Virus record (IMG/VR): IMGVR_UViG_3300037963_003719
Span: 1 to 64,000 of that record
Source of the DNA: a virus
Reading direction: 5' to 3' (one strand)
Length of the DNA: 64,000 nucleotides
The position numbers and the translations under genes were made by a program. The notes below the pieces were generated by a model. The model was given only the letters and a program-made list of their open reading frames with translations, had not been told where the DNA came from and made no database searches. Positions 28,901 through 37,300 of the stretch are shown here, piece after piece. Within the stretch, counting starts at the first letter, position 1. Each line of letters starts with the position of its first letter.

Positions 28901-31900
28901 TTACTGGTTGGGTAGGTATTGGATATCAAGCGGGAGATTCAATTGGATTAAATACATCTCCTGGATCTAATTTTGCATATACTTTATCTTCTGTAGGTGC
29001 AATCACATCATATGCAATTACTAATAGTGGTGCTGATTATGCTGAAACTGATGTAGTAACACCAAGTATCAGTATTAGTCCTACTAATGATTCTACTAAC
29101 GGTATCTTACGTACAGTAGATTACTACATGAGTGTGGTTGACACTGGTGGTGGAACTTACGTATTTACAGTTGCAGATGGTCCTACAGCGACTCCAGTTA
29201 ATAATCCAACTTTAAATCTATTAAGAAATACTGTATATAATTTCATCTTCCAGAATGGAGATGATTATACTTCATATCCTCTACTATTCTCTACGGATAG
29301 TGGTAACAATATTGCATATACTGCACTCAATAATAATCTTCAAGATAGTTCTGGTGTACAGTTAATTATTGATGCCCCAACAGTTACTGTTGAAGTTGCA
29401 CAAGATTATCCATCAGGAACAATGGATCTTGTTCTTAAGGATGCAAGTACAATTACTGCAGGTGCAACGTTTACTGGTGGTGGTCTTACTAATGAAGTTA
29501 TTTCTGCAAAATCTGGAAATACAATTTCACTTACAACACAAACAGGAATTGCTTCTGGTCTTAGCGTAGGTGATACTCTTACTGTAACAAATCCAACTAC
29601 TTTATATTATTATAGTTCCAGTCAACCTGGAATGGGTAATACTGCAACTATTGGATCTGTATATGGAACTGGTGGTCAAATTAGAGTTGATGGTCTCAAT
29701 GATGGACAAACTACAGTAATTACTGGTGCAAACGTCAACACTACAACCATTGATGTTTCAGGTGCTTCTAATTTTGGAAACACTCAAGTAACTGGTAATT
29801 TAAATGTATCAAATAATGCTACTGTAAACAATGTACTTACTGCAGGAACATTGGTTGCAAATACAGTTGTTAACCAGAGTGCTTTGCAAACAACTGGTAA
29901 TATTATTCAAACTTGGTCTGATGATACTGATCCAGCAAACCCTGTAACAGTTACTAATTTTGCTGCTAAAGTTGATGATCCTGATTTTAAATACGTAACA
30001 GTCAATACAGATACCTCTTACTTTAATTTTGAAGTTGATGGTAAAACAAAGGTAAGCAACAGTGCGTATTTGGCAACTCTTGGTACTGCTAAACTTGGTA
30101 TTGGTGTAGAACCAACAGTAGATACAAATACAACTCCTGCAACTGTTGGAGAAATTGGTGAGAAAGTTGAAATTTTAGGTAACCTAAAAGTTACAGGTAC
30201 TTACAAATCATCAGATGGTAGCGTTAGTGCTCCAGAATTTACATTCCAAAATGATGAACGTTTAGGTATCTATTCTTATAATGATGGAACTGAAAATAAT
30301 TTTGGAATAACTTCATCTAAAGGTAAAATTGTTTCTCTTAATGGAGCAACATCTACATTCCACAAGAATCTACAATTTGATTCTTCTGCCATTGAGACAT
30401 TTACATTAACAAACGGTTCGTATTATACAACTGGTATTACTAATGATGTTGTATTTGAGGGTGGTACTGGCGGAGGAGCAATTGGTAATGTAACTATTGC
30501 ATTTGGAACTACTATCAGTAATCCTGGTGCAGGATACACCGATGCAGAATATATTAATGTTCCACTTTCTTACTTTGTTGCACCTGGTGGTAACGTAACT
30601 GGATTTACAAATCTTTCTGGTGGTAGTAATTATGTAGATGGTACTTACACTGGAGTTTCACTCTTTGGTGGTGGTGGTATTGGATTAACCGCTGACTTTA
30701 CAATCAGTGGTGGTGCTGTTACTAACGTTGTTGTAAACAGTGGTGGTTCTGGGTATGCAAATACAGATACTGGACTTACCGTAGATACTGCCAACGTTGG
30801 TGGAAGTAGTTTAACCACGGTTAATTTAGGAAATGGTGGTAGTGGATATTATGATGGAAGTTATACAGATCTGGCAATCACTAATGTATCATCTAATGGT
30901 AATAGTGGTACTGTAGATGTTACTGTCTCTGGTGGAACTGTAACTAATCTTACAGTGAACAATGGTGGTGGAGGATATACTGCAACAGATCAATTTACTA
31001 TTCTTCCTACTTTACTTACTCCAACACAGAGTTTTACTGTAGGGGTAACAAATAATTCTGCAAGTCAGTATGTACTTTCTGGAGATTTTACTGGCGGTAA
31101 TGCATCAATTACGGTAACTGAAGGTGATACTATCACTTTCAACGTCAACGTTACTGGTCACCCATTTAAAATTGTTTCTCAACTTGGTGCTGGTGGTAGT
31201 TACGATTCCACTTATGATGTTGCTTCTGTAAACAACAACGGTGCTGAAACTGGAGCAGTTGTATTTGACACAGGAGCAATTGATGCTGGTGCAGGAACGT
31301 ATTATTACGTTTGTGAAAACCATCCAACTAATATGTTTGGAAGCATCACTGTTAATAGTGCAACGGTTGGTAGTGGACTCGCATTTACAGCAGGCACAGT
31401 AACTACTGGATCTGGATTCTCGGTAGACATTGCATCTACAGGATCTGCTGGTGTACAAGGCACTGGTGCTACTGCATATATCCTTGTCGCTGGTGGCGTA
31501 GTTACTGAATTCTATGTCACCGATCCAGGTGATGAAAATTATCAAACAGGTCAAACCTTGTTTGTTGCTGATGCAGATATGCAATATCTGGATCCTTTTG
31601 GTACTCCAACTCCTTCGGCAACACCAACAACCCAGTTTAATGTAGGTGTTGGTAATCCTGGTGCTATAACATTTGTAGAAATAACAAATCCAGGAAATGG
31701 TTATGAGGTAAATGATGTTCTGTCATTACCAAGTACTTTCAGACCAACTACTGTTGACTATGCAGATGGTCTAACGGTTGCTGATGGAGATTATATTCTT
31801 GGTAGTAACAACATTATATACCTTGTTCCTTCAGGTGGCGGTGGTACTTTAGCAGATCCAGCACCATCACACACGACAGGATCTGTTGCTAATGGTACTG

Positions 31901-33546
31901 CGACCTTAGATTTCTTCAGTCCAGTTGGAATTGAGTTTGGATTAACAATATCAACATTATTAACTGGAAATACTATCCAGATTGAAACTGGTACTGGTAA
32001 AATCACTACCCAAGAACTTGAAGTTACACCTGGTACTGCTCTCCTTAATGAAGTTTCTGTTTCTGGAAATACTATTTCTAGAAGCACTCCAGGTAACTTA
32101 GTTGTAAACTCTGGTGTAAATGGATTTGTAGAATTCGGTGGAACTGATGCTATAGTTCTACCTAGAGGAACTACAGCACAAAGACCTTCAAACCAAGCGG
32201 GTGCTATTAGATTTAATAGTGAAGAAGGTATTTTTGAAGGTAATAATGGTGGATCTTTCGTATCTCTTGGTGGAGTAAGAGACGTTGACTTAGATACTTT
32301 TATTAGACCAGAAACTGCTCCTGGTGAAGATGAAGATGTTCTAGAGTTCTTTGCTGCGGGAGTTACCGTCCAGAAGATGGGCGAAACTTTCCTTGAGACA
32401 AATAATGTCACTCAACATAGAATTACTGATCTAAAGGGTGTAAATCTTTGGGTTGAGGGACTTGTTGTTACTTCACCTACAGATCCTGTTGGATTCGATT
32501 CATCTACAGCAATTGTTGATCTAGATGACACCATCAATTTCCCATCACATAGTTTTGTGAATGGTGAAGAGGTTACTTATGCTAATGGTGGTAATACAGA
32601 TCTTTCTAATTTAGTAGACGGTACTAGTTACTATGTTTACATTGTAGATGCCGATAACATTAAGTTATCATCATCTATTCCTAATCTTAACGCAGGTGTA
32701 TACATTGATTTAACTGCTAGTGCAGCAAGTGAACTTCATACATTAACTAGGGTTGCTCCATTAGATGTTCTTTACTATTATGGTGATAATGTATACTCTG
32801 TAACTGGAAGTGGTACATTTGATGCTGATGCTCTAAATTTCCCAACTCATACTACAGGTGTTGATACTAATGGTACTGCAACATTAACATGGGTAAGAGA
32901 CGTTTTTGGAGATATCACTGTTAGTGGTAAAATCTATAGTTTTACTGTAGAAGAATTTAAAATTAATGGTTCTTTATCAGTAACTGCAGATAATACTACT
33001 GCTCGAATTGTTGCAGTTAATACTAACTTAGACACTCAGTTTAGATTATCTGGGGTTGATGAAACCTTTATTAGAAATGATAATACAGGTAAATTCCAAG
33101 TAAATACATCCTTCGGTTCTCAATCAGAAACTTTTGTAAATGTTTTTGAATATGATCTGAAGAAATTTACTCTTGCAGATACTAGAATTAATTCTAATGA
33201 AGGAACCATTGATACCTCAGTTGGTAATTCATTAAATCTTATTCTTATGGAGTATGATGCAATTAATTCTGCATTCCCTGCTAAATCAGGAAAAGTAATG
33301 TTTGAAATTTATGATAATGCAACAACTCCAAGACGCCAGTATTCTGAGGTCTCTTACTTATTACGTTCTGACGGAAGCGACGTTTTCTACACTGAAAGTA
33401 ATAAGATATATACTGATGACCTCCTTGTTGATGTTTCTGTTGATGTTGATGCAAGTAATAACGTAGTTGCTAATATTGTAGATGTTACTGGGTCATCTAC
33501 AGTAGTTTACAATGTCAAAGTAGTTTCTCAGTCCATTTTAACTTAA
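25873..33546 (+). CDS. Giant modular tail fibre (2557 aa): beta-helix, ConA/LamG lectin, Gly-rich repeats, cupredoxin-like and CBM-like modules
   Basis: MASRIKLKRS anchor; YVSKNG.D...GDTI...AG.Y.E..P...GD beta-helix head; LamG block (~26990-27600); GSGY..G.Y.NV.L.GG.G.G repeats; LPRGTTAQRP...GAIRFN..EG motif. Confidence 0.85.
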   Translation: MASRIKLKRSLTPNSAPTTSDLRDKEVALNIVDRTLFVNNSGTIEEIANADPNDEKIVPSMFSSAITDGVGNTWYVSKNGTDKATLGSVNPRHGETTGANSWGKTPSTSFQTLKYALDNYAQSGDTIIIAAGTYDEIFPLTVPVGVTIKGDGLKSTFIKPTVPTNTEDAFLIEGDCNIEDLCVCDFYYDSVGDTGYAFRLKSTYTVAADGRRPYIQRCSVITKGSTTSGTDPRGYAAGDAGRGALVDGSSVAASSSEAALLFNECTFVVPNSVGLYLKNGARCEWLNSFTYFAADSIKGENPGGTGFKGTGKTRLKLNGTSGTFNATDTITYYDVDGVTVLASGTIESNDGTYIYIDGQGTGTFVEAEAQSAGKAVTANGDAQLDTDEKKFGIASLLLDGTGDYLSLAGSSDFGFGTGDFTVEAFIRPSSVASGTKVIADFRSTSGTVAGLLVLSGSVVEFQSANGAGSITGSTTLSANVFYHVAVVRQNGVTKLYLNGSQEGSNLTDTTDYGSSRALFIGANFNGSAEFPGHIDEFRVSKGLARYTTGFTPTTSEFVSDTNTQLLLHFNGLDGSTSILDGSISIQDIRSSSGGVAQYIALADYTDFGAELRSIGSASVYGERGITADGKGVRLRCIVHNFGYIGTGKDSSNDISTVNQANEIVEANSGRALFTSMDQNGDFRVGNAFFVDQENGTVSFVGGSQSGGTTFDQLVVTGTGDTTTILPTSISLGNLKLSGSTLETLSGNLVLDAPGGSSVQVDKRLLLSDGTYDVPSLAFTNDGNTGIARTQPLADGSFSLISNGSEKFRVAPDAVSSYTTANFVSVGIGTDQNDTALTSNGSAYPPGTFTNVPLIGGSGTGAAATITTEAFNGTITNNGSGYTTGTISNVALTTNGSGTGGVVDVTVTGIAGQITNGGSGYYDTSYNNVPLQGGNGTGAEASLTISGGVVTDVQFTNSGVGYGIGEVLTVNNSDLVYGDPPQQSGGSGFQFEIQADQEGYGPGIVTAISPVTGWVGIGYQAGDSIGLNTSPGSNFAYTLSSVGAITSYAITNSGADYAETDVVTPSISISPTNDSTNGILRTVDYYMSVVDTGGGTYVFTVADGPTATPVNNPTLNLLRNTVYNFIFQNGDDYTSYPLLFSTDSGNNIAYTALNNNLQDSSGVQLIIDAPTVTVEVAQDYPSGTMDLVLKDASTITAGATFTGGGLTNEVISAKSGNTISLTTQTGIASGLSVGDTLTVTNPTTLYYYSSSQPGMGNTATIGSVYGTGGQIRVDGLNDGQTTVITGANVNTTTIDVSGASNFGNTQVTGNLNVSNNATVNNVLTAGTLVANTVVNQSALQTTGNIIQTWSDDTDPANPVTVTNFAAKVDDPDFKYVTVNTDTSYFNFEVDGKTKVSNSAYLATLGTAKLGIGVEPTVDTNTTPATVGEIGEKVEILGNLKVTGTYKSSDGSVSAPEFTFQNDERLGIYSYNDGTENNFGITSSKGKIVSLNGATSTFHKNLQFDSSAIETFTLTNGSYYTTGITNDVVFEGGTGGGAIGNVTIAFGTTISNPGAGYTDAEYINVPLSYFVAPGGNVTGFTNLSGGSNYVDGTYTGVSLFGGGGIGLTADFTISGGAVTNVVVNSGGSGYANTDTGLTVDTANVGGSSLTTVNLGNGGSGYYDGSYTDLAITNVSSNGNSGTVDVTVSGGTVTNLTVNNGGGGYTATDQFTILPTLLTPTQSFTVGVTNNSASQYVLSGDFTGGNASITVTEGDTITFNVNVTGHPFKIVSQLGAGGSYDSTYDVASVNNNGAETGAVVFDTGAIDAGAGTYYYVCENHPTNMFGSITVNSATVGSGLAFTAGTVTTGSGFSVDIASTGSAGVQGTGATAYILVAGGVVTEFYVTDPGDENYQTGQTLFVADADMQYLDPFGTPTPSATPTTQFNVGVGNPGAITFVEITNPGNGYEVNDVLSLPSTFRPTTVDYADGLTVADGDYILGSNNIIYLVPSGGGGTLADPAPSHTTGSVANGTATLDFFSPVGIEFGLTISTLLTGNTIQIETGTGKITTQELEVTPGTALLNEVSVSGNTISRSTPGNLVVNSGVNGFVEFGGTDAIVLPRGTTAQRPSNQAGAIRFNSEEGIFEGNNGGSFVSLGGVRDVDLDTFIRPETAPGEDEDVLEFFAAGVTVQKMGETFLETNNVTQHRITDLKGVNLWVEGLVVTSPTDPVGFDSSTAIVDLDDTINFPSHSFVNGEEVTYANGGNTDLSNLVDGTSYYVYIVDADNIKLSSSIPNLNAGVYIDLTASAASELHTLTRVAPLDVLYYYGDNVYSVTGSGTFDADALNFPTHTTGVDTNGTATLTWVRDVFGDITVSGKIYSFTVEEFKINGSLSVTADNTTARIVAVNTNLDTQFRLSGVDETFIRNDNTGKFQVNTSFGSQSETFVNVFEYDLKKFTLADTRINSNEGTIDTSVGNSLNLILMEYDAINSAFPAKSGKVMFEIYDNATTPRRQYSEVSYLLRSDGSDVFYTESNKIYTDDLLVDVSVDVDASNNVVANIVDVTGSSTVVYNVKVVSQSILT

Positions 33547-33550
33547 TCAC

Positions 33551-34336
33551 ATGGCAAAAGTTCTAAAATCACTCCAATCTGAGGGTGGATTTTCTATTGC
33601 AGAATCTACTATTATTGACCCTCAGAGAAACATTATTGACGTTCATACCGTCAAAGTTTTAAACAATTCTAACGACAAAACTTTTAAAAAAGAATTTATC
33701 TCTCATTCTACATTAACAGATTCAAACCCATCTGTTGTTTTAGACCCAGGTCATGCAGTAGAACCAGATAGAATTGTTTTTATGACTGGATTTTTGTTAG
33801 GAACCTGGGAAGGATTTCCTATTACAGATTTCACTGTCAATGCAAACTCTACTAATGTAGTTTGTTCTCTAACAAATCATGGACTTACTACTGGAGATAG
33901 TATTGATATTGAATTTAACAATGCTGCTTACAGTGCATTTAATTTAGCATATACAGTAACCGTAGTAGACGAAGATAATTTTACAATTACCACTGCATCT
34001 CCGTTAGATCCAAATAATCCAATTCTTAATGAATTTTTTGAAATCACAACCTTAAATACTAATGCTATTGGTAATTGGGAGTATGCTGTAAAAATTGAGA
34101 GTGCAGTTTTAAGTGATGCTACTACAACTTTAAGTACAGCAGCACATGCAGTTACAGTTGTGAAAGATAATGTCCCACCTGGACAAACTTGGACAATTTC
34201 TCCAACTGTTAATAATGTTACCAATGAATTGAGTTTTCTTTCTGCGGTTTCAACCAATGGTACTTTGCAAAAAAGAGGTAGTGGTATCAGGTGGTGTGCA
34301 AAGGTAGAGATCGTATATTCTGAAAGAAGTTATTAA
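33551..34336 (+). CDS. Virion structural protein with HGL..GD beta module
   Basis: 261 aa with SEGGFSI N-terminus and an inserted NHGLTTGD.I.I...N..YTV...D..F module. Confidence 0.7.
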   Translation: MAKVLKSLQSEGGFSIAESTIIDPQRNIIDVHTVKVLNNSNDKTFKKEFISHSTLTDSNPSVVLDPGHAVEPDRIVFMTGFLLGTWEGFPITDFTVNANSTNVVCSLTNHGLTTGDSIDIEFNNAAYSAFNLAYTVTVVDEDNFTITTASPLDPNNPILNEFFEITTLNTNAIGNWEYAVKIESAVLSDATTTLSTAAHAVTVVKDNVPPGQTWTISPTVNNVTNELSFLSAVSTNGTLQKRGSGIRWCAKVEIVYSERSY

Positions 34337-34344
34337 ATAAAAAA

Positions 34345-34352
34345 GATAAATA
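34345..34352 (+). promoter_or_regulatory. T4-type late promoter
   Basis: GATAAATA (with a TTAAATA just upstream) in the gap before ATG 34380. Confidence 0.7.
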
Positions 34353-34379
34353 AACTTATAAAGGGAACTGCAAAAGCAA

Positions 34380-37300
34380 ATGGCTTTAGAATTTAATGCT
34401 GATAAACAAATTATCAAATCTGACCAATTACAGATTAATAATGATACCAGTGTAAGGTTTGATATTGGCGGCGCTGCAAACAAAAAGACAGCGATATTCG
34501 GCACGTTATCTGCTGATATTGAAAAACTAGTTCGCGTTGGTATTAATACTAAAGAACCTCAATTTGAACTTGATGTTAATGGTCAGATTAGAACGACCAC
34601 TTCTATCATTTCAGATACGGCACGTATCAATAACTTGGATATTGATACTATTGTCAACCCATCATTAAAACTTAAAGCTCCTATCTTAGAAACATTCACC
34701 GATCCAGATACTGGTGAAGTTCTTTTCCCTCGTTCAGCATCTCCCGCATTTGATGACGATAGCAATAAAATTGCTACAACAAATTTTGTATATAATATTG
34801 CAACTAACGACCTTGGTGGTCGTATTTACGTTTCTAAGCAGATTGGTAATGACTCGTTTGATGGTAGATCTGCAACCAAACCTGTTAGTACCATTAAGAG
34901 AGCGACCCAGTTAGCAGCTCTAACTAATGATAAAGAAACTCTAATCGTTGCAGGTGGAGATTATTTAGAAGATAACCCAATTTCTCTGCCTGATCAATGT
35001 TCTGTTGTTGGTGATAACATTCGTCTGTGTATTATCAGACCCCAGAATCCTGGGAAACATATGTTCAAGGCGTCTAACGAGAACTATGTTACTGGTATTA
35101 CTTTCCGTGATAATCTAAATGTTGAGGGTAATCCTGCGTTTACTTGGGGTTATGCTTACGTTTTTGATGATAAGCAAAGATTCTACTATCCTAAAACACT
35201 TGGTGGTCAATTTGGAAGAGATTTTGAGTTAGGACATAAAATTGCTGCTCCAGAAGAGTGGAAACTTTTCTTTGACGCTAATAATGGTAACCTTGAATTA
35301 GTAGTTGGATTAACAGTAACCAATGCTACTACTTTAGGTACAGGTGTAATTACAGATGTAGTATTTAATGATAATACAGATCAAGCTGGTTATGTAATCA
35401 TTAATGAAATTACTGGTGATATCAATTCTGTTGGCGCAATCTATAATTATACAGTAAACTCAATCACTTACAATCTTAACGTAACTAGTGCTGAGCAGTT
35501 AACACCAGATGCCCAAGTTGTTAAGCATGTAACCACTCATACCACATTTGGTCTTAAGTCGGTTCAACATGACCCAATTAATTATCCTGATGGATTGATT
35601 TTTGAAGTTGTTGATCCATTCTATCATGATTATGAAGTTGGTCAATATGTAAATATTTCAAACTTACCAAGCACTGGAACATTTGGAGATCTCAATCGTT
35701 ATAATGGAAGGCAATATGTTTCCCATAGAATTGAAACCAATGACGGTTTTAGTAAAAAGTTTGTAGTATACAAAGATACTCCTACAGATCTTGCTGGTTT
35801 AGGTGCAGTTAACGGACAATATAGTGTAACTGCCTTCGGTGCAACTGTAGTTTCTGATGATCACTATGTAGTATTCTCTCTTGATAACTCTCCTAAGAAA
35901 TTTGATGAATCTAACAAGAGTCCTAACAGATATCTTGATGCTGTTGATCTGATTGGTAGAAACAAAACTCCTATTACCGAAGAAGCATTTAGAAGGGTAA
36001 AGGAAGAATATCCTACTCTCGTAATACCTGATGAAGCTCAGTGTAAAACTGACATGGGTCACATTGTTGATGCAATCAACTATGACCTTACTTGGGGTGG
36101 TAATGCTGCAACTAAAGAGGCAGCAGATTACTACTATGATGCTGGTGCATTAACCCACGTTCAAAATCAACTTAAGGAAACATCATACGCATTTGCAGAA
36201 GCAAGAGACCTGTCAATCCAGGCAATGCGTAATCAGTTGAACACTGTAAGCACAAGTTCAACTGCTTCAATTCAAAGACCAACTGGTTATACTGGTCAAT
36301 ATAGATCTGTTATTTGGGATAACGAAAAGTTTGTTGCTGTAGGTGATGGTGGTGCAATCCATACCTCTACAGATGGAGTTCTCTGGACAGCACAAACCAC
36401 TGGTACAACAGAAGATCTTAATGATATTAGATGGAATAAGTGGGCAGTTGGTGAAAGAGGTGTCCCAGAATATGTTGTTGTTGGTGACAATGGAACAATT
36501 CTTTGGTCAAGTAATGCAGAAACTTGGTATAGTGTAACCTCTGGAACTACGAATAACTTAGAGGCAATTGCATATAATGGAGAAAGATATGTTGCTGTTG
36601 GTTCATTAGGAACTGCTGTATTTTCAAATAATGTTAAAACATGGAGTACAGGAACTACAGGAACATTCACTCTCCTTCATGATCTAATTTACAATGATGA
36701 TTGCGACAAGTTTGTTGCTGTTGGTGGTGGTGGAGTAATTATTGTCTCTTCTGATGGTAATACTTGGACCGAACAAGAAAGTGGTACAAGTAGAGAACTT
36801 ACTGCCATTTCTTGGTCAGAAGGTAGAATGGTTGTTACTGGTGCAGATGCCACTGTCATTATTAGTGACGATGATGGATTGACTTGGGAAACTAATCTTA
36901 TTAATAACAATAGTCCTGACAACCCACAAAGTAATAAAGATGCAGATGCTGCTGATCTAATTCTTGCTAACCAAGCAATTATTGCTGAGATCGCAGTTAA
37001 TAAAATGCTTGATAATAATGCTGGATATTCTATCCCTACAGGTAATCAAGCATGTAAGGATGATATCATGGCATTTATTGGTGCTATGGCAATCAACCTT
37101 GAGTTTGGTAATAACGATGAAGTATACGATGCTGCCAATCTTTATGTAACAGGTTCTCATGTACAAGGTGAAGAGGATGAATCTGTAGAAGCATTTAACT
37201 ATGCTAGAGATCTCTGCATCAGTGCAATGAGAAATGAGGCATTCTCTGCTGGTGACTTAACTTTTGCCTCAGGTCTTACTCAATACATTGATAACACAGT

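Noticed and set aside
31030-31356. A petE (plastocyanin) auxiliary metabolic gene
   Set aside because: The cupredoxin pattern is an in-frame internal domain of the fibre with no own start or signal peptide, so it is reported as a domain instead.
31791-32411. Long antisense ORFs (this 206-aa one, also 3160-3633, 31105-31584, 59786-60268 and many others)
   Set aside because: They lie opposite well-supported genes, lack SD or promoter signals and recognisable motifs, and are expected from the codon bias of Gly/Thr/Ser-rich genes.
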